DNA of 64,000 nucleotides from NCBI RefSeq assembly GCF_001194135.2, contig NC_068990.1, positions 67,641,478 to 67,705,477 on the forward strand, read 5' to 3'. The notes under the pieces were generated by a model. The model saw only the letters and a program-made list of their open reading frames with translations, was not told where the DNA came from and ran no database searches. Both the position numbers and the translations under genes were made by a program. Each line of letters begins with the position of its first letter. Within the stretch, counting starts at the first letter, position 1. This document shows, piece after piece, positions 11,722 to 24,196 of the stretch. The stretch is from Octopus bimaculoides (lineage: Eukaryota).

Positions 11722-12349
11722 GAAAATAAAAAATAATAATAATAAGGCAGAATGCTAAACTGAGAGCATATTTTAATATAGATGTGTATAAGGAGGATTA
11801 AAAAGGATTTCTAACTGGCTTTCATTGCATGGCAAATTTTCAAGAAGAGGGAAAATAAAAATGTTTTTCACAAAAAGATAAAAAAATATATAAAAAAATA
11901 AATATACCAATACATTATATTGCCTTTGAGTTTTTGAAGTTCAATGGTAATAAATGTAGATAATTGTTAGAAAGATTGGGATGCATGTAATTAAGAATGG
12001 TGTTGTGTTTAGAAAAGGCTGAGAGTTTGTGTTAAACAGGAAGTGTGGTGTCAAAACAGGAAGTGTGTGTAAGGGAAGATAATTCTGTTGGTGTTATACT
12101 GTGGGTGTGTAAGGGAAGATAATTCTGTGGGTTTTAGTTGGAGTTTTGGACTCTTTGTCAACAGGAAGTTTATGTCTGTTCTTAGAGAAACAAGAAGTAA
12201 ATTTATATGTATTTTATTTTCTTGTAAAAAACATTTTCATTTTTCCTCTTCTTGAAAATTTGCCATGCAATGGAAGCCAGTTAGAAATCCTTTTTAATCC
12301 ACCTTATGCACATCTATACTAAAATATGCTTTCAGTTTAGCATTCTGCC

Positions 12350-12365
<16 letters not shown>
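11722..12365. mobile_element. About 640-bp element with ~140-bp inverted terminal arms (foldback or Penelope-like)
   Basis: 11735-11875 is the reverse complement of about 12220-12360, with about 10 mismatches by manual alignment; a second copy lies at 52143-52605. Confidence 0.85.
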
Positions 12366-12384
<19 letters not shown>

Positions 12385-12464
12385 TATTTTACTATTATTT
12401 CTCCACGTGCGGTTAACACAACTCCACCATTTACTGACATAATATATGTATGTTTGTATGTATA

Positions 12465-12625
12465 TGCAACGGGCTTCTTTTACTTTCTGTCTACCAAATC
12501 CCTTCACAAGGTTTTGGTCAGCCCAGAAGGTTATAGAAGAAGACACTTGCCGAAGGTGCCACACAGTGGGACTGAACCTGGAGCCATGTGGTTCAGAAGT
12601 AAGCTTCTTACCACACAACCATGTC
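12465..12625 (-). mobile_element. SINE family A, 5' half
   Basis: acgggcttctttta...gaagacacttgccgaaggtgccacacagtgggactgaacc...cttaccacacaacc. Confidence 0.85.
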
Positions 12626-12668
<43 letters not shown>

Positions 12669-12948
12669 CATGTTATACTGGATTCAGGTTCAGTAGAAGA
12701 AAACAGTCTAAATCCTTGTCAGAAACAGGATATGGACTGGCTAGCTTGTAATGGCTTGGAGTCATAATACATATAATAATGATAATGTTATACTAAATAA
12801 TTTGACTTTACTATTATAGACATGTAAATGTATGTGTACATATGTGTGTGTGTGTATATGTATGCATGTATAAATGTGTGTATATTTATATATGTATAAA
12901 TGTGTATAAGTTTATATATAGGCATAAATGTGAGTATATATACATATA

Positions 12949-13176
12949 CAGGGTTGGCCAAAACTAAACCAAGACCAATAAATTCCAAGATTAAAACAGA
13001 GAATTATTTTATATGAGACTTCACTAATAAACAGACAAATGTTGAAAGAAAAATGGTGATATTTAACTTACAGCATTCAATTATTAAACATTTATAATTT
13101 GAATGAATAAATAAAATTGGATATTAAATACTTATGGAATTTTAATTTACTCTTAGGTGACTTTTGGCCAAACCTG
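12949..13176. mobile_element. Tc1/mariner-type MITE, 228 bp
   Basis: TIRs cagggttggccaaaa / ttttggccaaacctg (14 of 15 match), TA on both sides. Confidence 0.85.
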
Positions 13177-13249
13177 TATATGTATGTATAACTGTGCGTA
13201 TATATATACATATGTATAAATGTGTAAATATATATAGGTATAAATGTGA

Positions 13250-13318
<69 letters not shown>

Positions 13319-13853
13319 CGAGTATATACAAGTATATCATCATTTTTGTAATCATTTTAATGTCCATTTATTCCTGGTTGCACAGGTCAGACAAAAACCA
13401 TTGAATTAGATTTTGTGTTATAGACGGTCTTCCTGATGCCAGCTCCCACATATTTCCAAGCAAGTAAATATTTCCTTTGGTCAATAGAACTCAAGCCTTA
13501 CTATGATCAAAGATGTTTGCACAGAGCATTGCAAATAAACAACAATACTTTTAATGATTATGAAGTTGGTTTACAATAAACATGTGATATTAAAACAATA
13601 GAGATGAGCACACACACACACACACACACACATACATGCACATTCATGCACACAAAATTACACAAACAAATATGCACATATGTTTATTAATTGTTAATGC
13701 AATGCATTATTTCAATTTCCATCTACTAAATGCACTCACAAAGCTTTGGTTAGCTAGCGGCTGTACTACAGGACTTTTATCCAAGTATGTCATGCAGTTA
13801 AACTGAACTTGAAGTTACATGGTTGTGCAGTGAAACACACACACACACGCACA

Positions 13854-13920
<67 letters not shown>

Positions 13921-14744
13921 GCACACACACACATGCACATGACAGACTTTTGTGCTGTTTCCATTGGTCAAATTGTGTTCACACGGTATTTTTCAACCCA
14001 AAGCTATAATACAAGTCATATGTGGAAATGTCCCAAAGAGGAACTAAAGCCAGCATAGAGTCATATTTGTGTCTAGGCTATCCATATTCTATTCATATAT
14101 TATACTTGTGCCTACACTGTCCATTTAACAACCATACTGCTTTTGACTTTGCCTCCTAAACTTCCAGACAAAATATAAGCCAAACAGCAAACTGGATGGG
14201 TTATTTACAGAGTTGTATGAAGCAAATAGTAATGATGCCAGAAGAGAGCTTTCTTTTGTGCTGCACCTCTATGTCATTAGTGAGCAAGCAGAGCTGTATG
14301 AGAAAAACTAACAAAATAGACTACTCAGAGATGCCATTTGAAAATGAAAAAATAACAGTAGAGTTAGAGTCAAAATGATGCAATGAAGAAATAAAAAAAT
14401 TAATAATAGTAATTATGAGGCCTTGTGCTAAAATCAGAAACAATTATTAATATCATTATGTTATTATTATTAATAGAAATACCACCAAGCTCAACTTTGC
14501 CTTTCATTCTCTTGAGGTTGATAAAAATTAAGTATCAGTCAATGCACTGGGATCAATGACATTAACTAATCCCCTCTCCTCAGAACTGCTGGCCTTGTAC
14601 TTTAAATCAGAAATCCTACGCTCATGCTTTAAAACCCTTTCATCTCCTAGTATAAATCTATCTCCATCTTTATCATAGTCCTTCTCAGTGGATGTTAGTC
14701 TTGCAAAATTCGTAGTTACCTCATTAGTGTTGGTGCCATATGAA

Positions 14745-14925
14745 AAGCCTTCAGTCCACACTGTAAAGTGGTTGGTGTTAGGAAGGGCATCCAGTAACAG
14801 AAAGTAAGCCAAAGCAGACACTGAAACATGAGGGGGTTTCTGAAACACTGGGCCCTGTCAAACCATTCAACCCATGCCAGTATGGATCATAAAGTTTAGA
14901 TGCTGATGAATCAATTCCTACTAAG
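14745..14925 (+). mobile_element. RTE-type 3' end (family D)
   Basis: gtaaagtggttggtgttaggaagggcatccag...aaccattcaacccatgccagtatgga...gatgctgatg. Confidence 0.75.
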
Positions 14926-15624
14926 GTTAGTTTTGCCCATATTCCTTTTAGTGTTGATAAAGTTCAGTACAATTCAAGTACAGTGGGACCTCAAAAGAAT
15001 GAAAGGCAAAGTTGAGCTTGGTAGTCTTACTATTATTAATTTGTTTATTTCTTCATTGCATCATTTTGAATCTCATCATGAACAGATTAGTTTACAACCA
15101 ATCTTTTGAACATAAAACAACTCAGGTGATGAACAACATCTCGAGTAATGAACATGCAAATCAGCAACAACAATTGGGAGAATGCTGGGAGTATTGGCAG
15201 GAGAGCATCAGTTGTCTAACTTTTGTTCAGTGCACATGCCTGCTTGAATTCGCGGTGCCTTCTCCTGAATTTCCTATGGAAAAAATAGGTTCAGTTTACA
15301 AACATTTTGGATGACATTTTGGCCTTCAGGAATGAATTAAATTTGTAGACCGAAGTTCTGTTGTACCGAGTTGAATGGCTTCAATTGAACATTCTTCCTC
15401 AAAATTGCAAACCTTGTGTTCAAATCAAAAACTTTTATTATTGAGTTAATTGAATAAACTCCAGTTTGTTACTGCTGTTTATTTTAATGAAGTTAGTCTT
15501 GGCGAGAATAGAATGCAGAAAGTAAAGAAACATGGTTAAATACTAGAAGGGATTTAGGAAAACATTTAGGAAATTAATGACATTCTGCTTAAGTGAATAG
15601 AAATACAGATATCTCTCAACACCA

Positions 15625-15880
15625 TCGTTATCATCATCATTTAACATTTGTTTTCCATGCTTGCATGGGTTAAATGGTTTGACCGAGTTGGTAAGCTGGA
15701 GAGCTGCACCAGGGTCCAGTTGTTTATTTTGTCTTGGTTTCTAAGGCTGGATGTCTCTACTCTACAGAGTGTACTGGGTGTCTTATACATGTCACCATCA
15801 TGGGTGCCATTCCTGTGTCACTGGCATTGGCCACGACCATGATTTCACTTAGCTTGACATGTTTTCTAAAGCACAGCAAA
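15625..15880 (-). mobile_element. RTE-type 3' end (family D)
   Basis: catcatcatttaacatttgttttccatgcttgcatgggttaaatggtttgacc. Confidence 0.75.
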
Positions 15881-15959
15881 TAACCAAAATACACAGTCAA
15901 TAGTGAAGCATGTTTTATACTACAAGGGTGAAGAGAAGTCTGATGTTTTAGGCAGAAAC

Positions 15960-17021
15960 CCCAAAGTTCATAAGTGGAATTTGAACTCAGAACATATAGA
16001 CATACAAAATGCCACTAAGCATTTTGCCCAGTCTTCTAACAATTATGCCAACTCACTGCCTTAATAACAATAACAATAATAATAATGATAATAATAATGA
16101 CAATAATAATAATAGCGAGATGGGCTACTCGGCCTGAAGAAAATTCTAACAGGACGCCACCTACAGAGTCATGCATTGCTCATCTTGGTATGAGATCACT
16201 ATGTCACACACATATGGTTGGGATGCATGTGCCTGGTGTAGTCACTGGGTATTTTGGGCTTCACATATTTGTATCACAGTGTTATTTTGATGACATGTGT
16301 TGCTCTCTCACTCAATCATAATAATAATAACAATAATAATAATGCTTTTCATATGGGCACAAGGCCTGAAATTTGAGGTAAATGGCTAGTCAATAACTAG
16401 CTAGACAACACTAACCTCCCCCACCTACCAGCACTTGGCTGGCACTTTATCAACCCCAAATTTTCTTCGGGTTGAGTAGCCCATCCCACTATTTCAAGAA
16501 ATGCTGCTGAGCTTTTTGTCCCATTAGCAATTCTGTTAGCTTGCCACCTTAATGATAACGACGATGATGATGATGATTGTTTTAAGTTTTGTCACAACTG
16601 CTTCAAATTTTAAGGGAAGTGGATGAAAAGCAAAATTGACCTCAACAGTAATTAGAACCAGAAGAAATGCTGCTATGCATAATAATAATAATGATAATGA
16701 AAATAATAATCCTTTCTACTATAGACACAAGGCCTGAAATTTCGCAGGAGAGAATAGTTGATTACATTCATCCCAGTGCTTGATTGGTAATTTTTTCATT
16801 GATACCGAAATGAATTAAAGACAAAGTTGACTGTGCCAGAATTTAATAATAATAATAATAATAAATAATGATGAAAATAATAATAATGATCCTTTCTACT
16901 ATAGGCACAAGGGGCCTGAAATTTTGGGGGAGTGAGTAAGTCGATCACATTGACCTCAGTACTTGACTGGTACTTAATTTATTGACCCCAAAAGGATGAA
17001 AGGCAAAGTTGACCTCAGCGA

Positions 17022-17030
<9 letters not shown>
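15960..17030 (-). mobile_element. Second (AAT)n-linked cluster: about 5 SINE-B copies plus a family E fragment (16115-16320, + strand)
   Basis: SINE-B pieces at about 15960, 16340, 16600, 16710 and 16890, all minus, separated by (AAT)n/(GAT)n. Confidence 0.85.
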
Positions 17031-17069
<39 letters not shown>

Positions 17070-17214
17070 GCCTTTTTTTTTATTACTGCCAGAAGGGCAA
17101 CAACTGTGATTAACATTACAGGGAGAGATTTACAAGTGTGAGGTTTTACAAAAAGACATCAATTAAATGGAATATGACAGCATACACAGCGAAGGTGCAT
17201 AGATATGACAGTAC

Positions 17215-17550
17215 AGTGAAGATGCATGGCTTAGTGGTTTGTGTATTCAGTTCATGATTGCAGGATCATAAGTTTGATACCAGTGGTGCATTGTGTCCTT
17301 GAGCAAGACTCTTTATCTCACATTGCTCCAGTACACTCACCTGGAAAAAATGAGTGGTAGTTGTATTTCAAAGAGCCTGCCTCGTCACATTCTGTGAAAT
17401 GTTGAATCTCCCTGGGAACTACATTAAGGGCATGCATATCTGTGGAGTGCTCAACCACTTGCACACTAATTTTCACAAGCAGGCCATTTCATTGACTGGA
17501 TCAACTGGAACCCCCGTCATCATAACCAACAGAGTGCTAGTAGTTACAAT
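17215..17550 (+). mobile_element. SINE family C, full length (tail type I)
   Basis: tggcttagtggtt (A box), gtttgatacc (B-box-like), ttgtgtccttgagcaagac; colinear with 50425-50750. Confidence 0.85.
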
Positions 17551-17679
17551 ATAAAATATAATATATAGTCTCACATAGAGAGAAAACAGAAAAATCCCTA
17601 AAAAGTAGTAGAATAGTGCTGGTTAATATGCATTTTATTTAATTAGAGGAAAATGGCTCTGTGTTATTTTTTTTACCTG

Positions 17680-18160
17680 CTGGATCTGGGAGAGAGCCAG
17701 TGCCATTGGTTTATGCATGCCCTCCTTGATAGTGAAATGCATGTCTTTAATAAACCTCTTGAGCCTTTGAAAGTCAATACCTGCAGGGAAGATGTGAAAA
17801 GGAAGGGAATTCCAGTGGTGGACAATACTCTGAGAAGAAAGGCCCTGGTGTAATGGTTAGTGCCAGTCCCTGGGGAAGGACAGTGTTTGGACACAGTGAG
17901 TATGATGGTAGAAAATTGAATGAAATCAGAGTAGCTGAATGATGTTCACTTGAGCCAAACCAGGTCTGACAAGCAGAAGCCATTATAGCAGTAGTAGAAA
18001 ATTCAGGGAGGAGATACAGAATGTCTGTGAACCAGACGTTGGAGCACATCGATGAGAGGCTTTACATTAGTCAATCAGGTGGCCCTTTTTTTTTGGAAGC
18101 AGTCCACACTACCCATAAGCTTTGCAGAGGGTCACTGATGTGTGAGACTGATGCAACCAA
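17680..18160 (-). mobile_element. CR1-group LINE, degenerate RT C-terminal/3' fragment
   Basis: Minus-strand translation VDCFQKKAT*LTNVKPLIDVLQRLVHRHSVSPP*IFYYCYNGFC...TNHYTRAF matches the LDRIQKRAIRLI...LQPL.HRR.V.SL..FY.YY.G.C pattern of CR1/Daphne-like RT tails (recalled pattern). Confidence 0.7.
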
Positions 18161-18449
18161 TGTGCTGCTCGTACATCTACAATTCAGTGTCTCCAGAAAA
18201 GGAAGTAATTGGGTAAAGAAATGGAATTTGATCTAAATTCTTGCAACAATGTGTTAACTATTCTAAAAACTCTGAAAGACCAGCTGATGGTATTAAACAG
18301 GATGGTGTACTAAGCCTACCACTCAATGTCTCAATGTTAAACTTAGGTTGATCAAAATGACTGGTAAGCCAACTAATCTTATTCAGTGCTAATCTTCCCT
18401 ATATACATATACATATATAAATACATATATATATATATATAAAATAAAA

Positions 18450-18700
18450 TAAATGCACCCTTTTAAAGTCTAGCCAGGCTCATAGGCCTGGTCTTCAGGT
18501 TTCAATGGCGTATGTGTTCTCCAGCTGGACAGGACGCCAGTCCATCACAGCATTACTCATTTTTGCCAGCTGAGTGGACTGGAGCAATTTAAACTGAAGT
18601 GTTTTTCTCAAGAACACAACGCATCGCCCGATCCAGGAAATGAAACCACAACCTTACGATCATGATGCTGACACTCTAACCACTAAGCCACGAGCCTCCA
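18450..18700 (-). mobile_element. SINE with family C head, tail type II
   Basis: actcatttttgccagctgagtggactggagcaa...ctcaagaacacaacgc...cttacgatcatga...ctaaccactaagccac. Confidence 0.85.
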
Positions 18701-19394
18701 CTCATATATATATATATGTAAATATATATATATATATAGCATCGCCTTCATTCTTATCAATGCCATCACTCAAACATCAAGGCATCAATGCTATCACTCA
18801 AGCATCAAGGAATGATATCAGCAAGTATATGGGAGTACTGCACATCCTACACATGTTAGGGGAATCTCATCTAATGCACAAATAATTTTGGGCTTGGTTT
18901 CTCTAGCTGGATGCACCTCCCTAACTATCTGTAGATCATATACATATCTAGTATGTCTTTATTAGAATTAATAGCAATAATATTTGCAATTATAATATCT
19001 GTAGAAGTGGTAGTTATTGTAGTTATATGGAAGTTGTAGTAATAGTAGTAATAGTAATAATAAGATGAAATAACAATCATAATTATAACAAAGGTCATAA
19101 TTGTTTACCATTGCAGTTGTTGCAATGGTAGTTGTTGTTGCCTAACAGCAAAGAGATTAATATGATATCAGTATTGCAAAGGGAAAACTAAGAAATTCCT
19201 TTGGCATAAGAACATAAAAGATTGAAAAAGAAAAAAAAAAAAAACAAGAAATTACATGGAAACATGGACGTGGATGACACAGAAACAGAGGGATTAGAGA
19301 AAGGAAGGAAGTAATAGTTTTACTGTGATTGATACTGGAATAGTGGAGTCAATGAACAAATGAAGAATATAAAAGTAATTCAACGAATGATTTG

Positions 19395-20040
19395 TTTGTG
19401 GTTATTCACAGCAACTCATCAAACAGTTAATTAATGATTTGAACGAACTCATAAAACAACGATGATTCACAATAGCTCATTAACACCTGTGATAACTCAC
19501 ACCAGCTCAAGTAATTCTGAATGACTTCTTGCAACAATTCATTAGGCAGTTGGTGATAACCCATACCAACGCACAAAACAGTTAGTGATACAAAAACCAC
19601 AAGTCATTGAAAGTTTGTAATGACTAACAACCAAGTTTCAAACATTTAGTGATGACAAACAACAACAAAAAATTAAGTAATGAATTATTATTCACAGCAT
19701 CAAACGCCAATGATAAACCACAACAATTCATAAAATAATTATGATTGGAGTCATCAAGAGTTTGTTATGACTAAAGACTAAGTAAGTCTCCACACATTTG
19801 GTGATAACTGATCAAAAGAGAAACTCATGACTGATAACAAATTCTTATAATTCATGGCATCATCAAACACCAATCTTAAACCACAACAATTCATGAAATA
19901 TTGATGATTAATAGCAAGCTGTGAAACTCCAACTCATACTGGATGATGGCAAATCACTTAATACCTACAGCAAATAAGAGGAACCAATTCTCTTAAAGTA
20001 ACTCATCAAATATTAGTGATAACTCACAGAAAATCCTTAT
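19395..20040. repeat. Degenerate minisatellite, about 28-33-bp period
   Basis: Recurrent unit approximating gtgataactcacaacaactcatcaaacagtt (for example gtgataactcacaccagctc, gtgataacccataccaacgc, gtgatgacaaacaacaac, gtgataactcacagaaaa). Confidence 0.65.
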
Positions 20041-20309
20041 TGGTGACTGAGACAAGGTTAAGATCCGACAAAATTAACCGGGAACTAATTTCTTATACTC
20101 AGTAAATGATAAATTAGTTCCTGAAAATTAGTTCTCAGAATTACTTTAGATGGATTAAGACAATGGTTTCAAATAATTTTCCAGATTATTTTGTTATCAA
20201 GTCATTGCCTATTTATTTTAGAATCCAAGATCTGATACATGTATTTCATAGTAGCTTTCACTACCTTAACAACAACAACAGCAGTAACAGCAACAACAAC
20301 AACAACAAT

Positions 20310-20525
20310 GGCTTCAAATTTTGGCACAGGGCTAGCAAGATTGGGGGAATATGTAAGTTGATTACATTGACCCCCAGTAATCAACTGGCACTTAATTTAT
20401 CAACCCTGAAAGGATGAATGTCAAAGCTGACTCTGGCAGAATTTGAACTCAGAATGTAAAAAAATGGATGATATACTGCTAAGCATTTTGTCCAGTGTAC
20501 TAATGATTTTACCAGCATACCACCT
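20310..20525 (-). mobile_element. SINE family B
   Basis: Colinear with the array units at 6330-9870. Confidence 0.85.
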
Positions 20526-21159
20526 TAATAATAATGATTTATTTGTTGTGGGAACATCAGATGTGGGGTATATCACAAGGACAGTTTGCAATTTGTCTTG
20601 GGGCTTACATACAAGGGAGAGAAGAGGGAGAATACTACGAAATATACATGCAGTATACAAAATATATGTACGCATCTGATATAATCCTCCTGATCCTGGA
20701 AGACCTCATAGATTCAGGATTAACCTTACCTCCAAAGGCTTGGACTCACACCCAACTGCTGTTCTGAACTCTCACCCAACTGTTGTTTTCCAATGTAGAA
20801 ACACATGCTTAGAGTCAATCCATTCAACCAAACTATTTCTGTAACATTCACCTACATTTTGACAAATTCATAGTGTCTTCACTGTTGTTGTTGCCTTTTT
20901 GACAGTCCTTTGTAATCAAGTATGACTTGAAAGGAGATTTTTTTCATTTATGGGAGGGTACTTCATCCAAGATGTTCTACTCTTTTGTGGAATTATTGAT
21001 GAAAGGTACCAGCGCAACCCTACCTGCAGGTATTGCACAATATCTTAATTTTAAGAAAGTATTAGATGAAAAAAAAATAATGTTTCATTGAGAGAATATA
21101 TTTTTTTAAAATATATATTATTTTGAAAATAGTGAATGCCATTATTTCATTGTTTACCG

Positions 21160-21575
21160 CTTACTTGTTTCAGTTATTGGACTGTAATCATTTGGGGCAT
21201 TTGTCTTGAACAGTTTTTTCTGGTCAAACAGGTCAATCCCAGCATTTTTTTTAAAGTCTGGTACTTATTCTATTAGTCTCTTTTGCTGAATTTCTAAGTT
21301 ACAGGGAAAGAAACAGACCAAGACCTGTTATCAAGTAGTGGTAGTAGGGAATAATCAACACAAATACACACACATACACACACACATACACATGCACATA
21401 CACACACACACACAATAGACTTCCACACTGATTCTGTCTGCCAAATTCACTAACAAAGCACTGATTGACCTGGGGCTATAGTAGAAAGACACTTGCCTAA
21501 GGTGTCACACAGTGGGACTGAACATGAACCCACATGATTGCAAAGCAGGCTTCTAAACCAAACAGCCATCCCTGA
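21160..21575 (-). mobile_element. SINE family A, full length, decayed, internal (CA)n
   Basis: Tail, internal microsatellite and head are all recognisable. Confidence 0.8.
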
Positions 21576-22739
21576 GTCTATCAAATTCTATTATAATACC
21601 AAAATACCCCTCATTTTGTGAAAGCCAGAATTTTTTCACAGAACACTAACGTTCCTCTGTACCCTCATTGATAAACAATGGATAAAGTGAAAGTGATGGC
21701 ATTAGAATTATTGCTATGTAGTTTCAATTTCTCCTCAGATGAAGCAGACAAAGGTACAGCTTAACCACTTAGAGAGATATTCTACATGTCTAATGGTCAA
21801 TTAGCATTCTACCAGCAATTGCTCCATGATTTCATTATTTACTGAAGGTTTGTTGTCTAAGTTTTTGAGGGCTTGCAACATATGGTTCTGATTAAGAAGA
21901 TTTTTCCACTTCCATGCCTTTTCTTTCTTTTTGTTTTTGCTGCATGACCAAAATTGAAGGATTCTGTTCACAGCCAATAGGTACATCTTGGATCAAAAGG
22001 GTGGAGTAATATTAGAGAAGTTTATGTCAATCCTTAGTATCTAAAGATTGGTGAACTGTGAAAATAAATGGGAAGGAAGTGGGTTCTAGAACGGTAGTTA
22101 TTGAAATGAAAGATTACATGCAATGTTTGCTTCAGTGTTTTAAAGTGAGAAATAGCATAAGTGAGAAGAAGAGAAGCAAAGCAATTTGAAAAGAAAACGT
22201 TTAGTAAGAGTGTGTATATGTAAGAATGTGTGTATGTGTGTGTGTATGTGTTTGTTGAATGTTTGTTGTGCTTGTTTGATGTGTGTGTGTGGTTAAATTT
22301 TGCAAAAGAAAACAAATATAGGAAAGTCTTAGGAGAGTATCTGCAACATAAATCCTCAGTTCTTGGTTAGAAAAAAAAATCAAATATTCTTGTGATCTTA
22401 GCAATCTCTAACGTCCCTTTGGTTTACAGTAAAGAAGGAAAAGAAAGAATAGATGTGAAGAAATAAGATAAAACAGTGAACAGGTTAGTGGTAGTGGTGG
22501 TGGTGGCAGTGATAATGGTTGGGAGAAAGAGAGAAATATGGAAATGCGGAGAATGATATCTGCATCATAGTTTACACACACACACAATGCAAATATGTGA
22601 GCCAATAAGAGGGATTTTAGGGAAGTTCCTGGTATTTCGAGTAGCCAAATATTTGCCAATCATACTCTTCTGTGTTAAAAATTTAATGAGATACTGGATA
22701 AGGTAAACTTAGTGACATTACATCCAAAGAAGTACATCA

Positions 22740-23015
22740 TCACCATCAGCCTCTGGACGTTACTACCTTCGGTCTTTTGACTTACAAGGCTGGTTACCTG
22801 GTTTCCACAGTGTGTGAGTGACCAAGATCACAAATATCCCTGCAGACAAGAATGGCAGTCTGTCACAGGATTACTCATTTAGAGTTGAGTGGACTGGAGT
22901 AACATAAATTGAACTATTCTGCTCAAGAACAATAATTCATTGTTCACTCCAGAGATTGAAACCACAATCTTGTGTTTGTGAGTGCAACACCCTAACCACT
23001 AGACCACTTGCCTTC
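22740..23015 (-). mobile_element. SINE with family C head, tail type III
   Basis: gagttgagtggactggagtaa...ctcaagaacaa...caccctaaccactagaccacttgcc, with an unrelated 3' part. Confidence 0.75.
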
Positions 23016-23914
23016 ATCAAAGACCTCTACTCACCCTCAAAAGAGCATACAACATTCATTGCAGGAATGTCATTGGTTTTAGGTCTGTCCCATCAGAACT
23101 GACCAAAAGTCTAAATAACATTAGCAGCAAGCACATGAAGGTATTTGGCTTGAAATGTACTGAAGTTTTTTGAAGTGTATTTTGAATTATATTAAGAAAT
23201 AAAATAGATGTAGATATATATGTATGAATAAAGATAGGAAGAGTCGCTCACTGTGTGTATGTATAAGTTGATGTGTGTATAGGAATGGTTGACCTCAGCA
23301 GAATTTGAACACAGAATATAAAGATAGATGTAATGCCACTAAGCATTTTACACAGCATGCTAATGCATTGTGTCTATGAGTTTGTGTGTATCAAATACAT
23401 CCTCCCTCATCAAAAAAGACAAGTTCTTAAAAGTAACGAATTCTGAATTAAAATATGTAATTATTTGTTAATAATTAACAAATAACAGCAAGTTTTGATG
23501 TTTACCTTTCATTATTCTGTGATTAATGAGGTAAGTAATTAACTAAAATATACTGTTGGTAAGTTAATCAACTACTATAGGTTGCTATACTAGCAAACAT
23601 TCTTACATTTTAGGTGACCAGTTATAATTTTGTACATCGTATTTCCAACAACTGAAACCTGAAATACTTTACTGTTAAACTGAGTTGAGTTGAAAGATAA
23701 AAGACAGTAGAATTTAGATATATTCAAATGTAGTTGTTCCAATGTTGGATCCTTTCTTAGAGAAATGAAGAGATGTTTCAACTATAACCTTAACCTTTTA
23801 CAAATGAACCTTGTGACTAAGAAATTCCCATATTTGATGGCTTAAAAGATATATGGCCATATTAGATGCTTCGCATTTTCAACAGCACATAATCAGGAAA
23901 AAGTTTACATTGAT

Positions 23915-24125
23915 TTCAAATTTTGACATAAAGCCAGCAATTTTGGGGGGATGGGTAAATTGATTACATCGACCCCTGTGCTCAACTGGATCATATTTTA
24001 TCAACCCTAAAAAGATTAAAGGCAAGGTTGACCTCAGCAGAATTTGAACACAGAATACAAAGGTAGATGAAATGCTGCTAAGCATTTCACACAGCATGCT
24101 AATGATTCTGCCAGCTTGCTGCATA
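23915..24125 (-). mobile_element. SINE family B
   Basis: Colinear with other B copies. Confidence 0.85.
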
Positions 24126-24196
24126 ATTGGCAAATAATATTAAAATCAATCTAGTAGTACATAGCAAAACATTACAAATGTACCTTAACTATAAAG

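Noticed and set aside
12250-12290. cttgaaaatttgccatgcaatggaagcc as a hammerhead in the inverted arms
   Set aside because: It deviates from both CUGANGA and GAAA boxes, with only a 4-bp hairpin; insufficient.
14150-14380. Open stretch KLDGLFTELYEA... as an exon or RTE remnant
   Set aside because: Only a faint resemblance to RTE-X KLDG.YTRMLR; no splice support; too weak to call.
15012-15400. 100-aa + ORF and minus-strand KFRRRHREF motif as an exon or transposase HTH
   Set aside because: Other frames have stops, there is no consistent splice pair or family motif, and I cannot support it.
16117-16487. Inverted repeat gatgggctactc...gaagaaaa / ttttcttc...gagtagcccatc
   Set aside because: A short family E fragment in opposite orientation inside a SINE cluster; explained by transposon debris.
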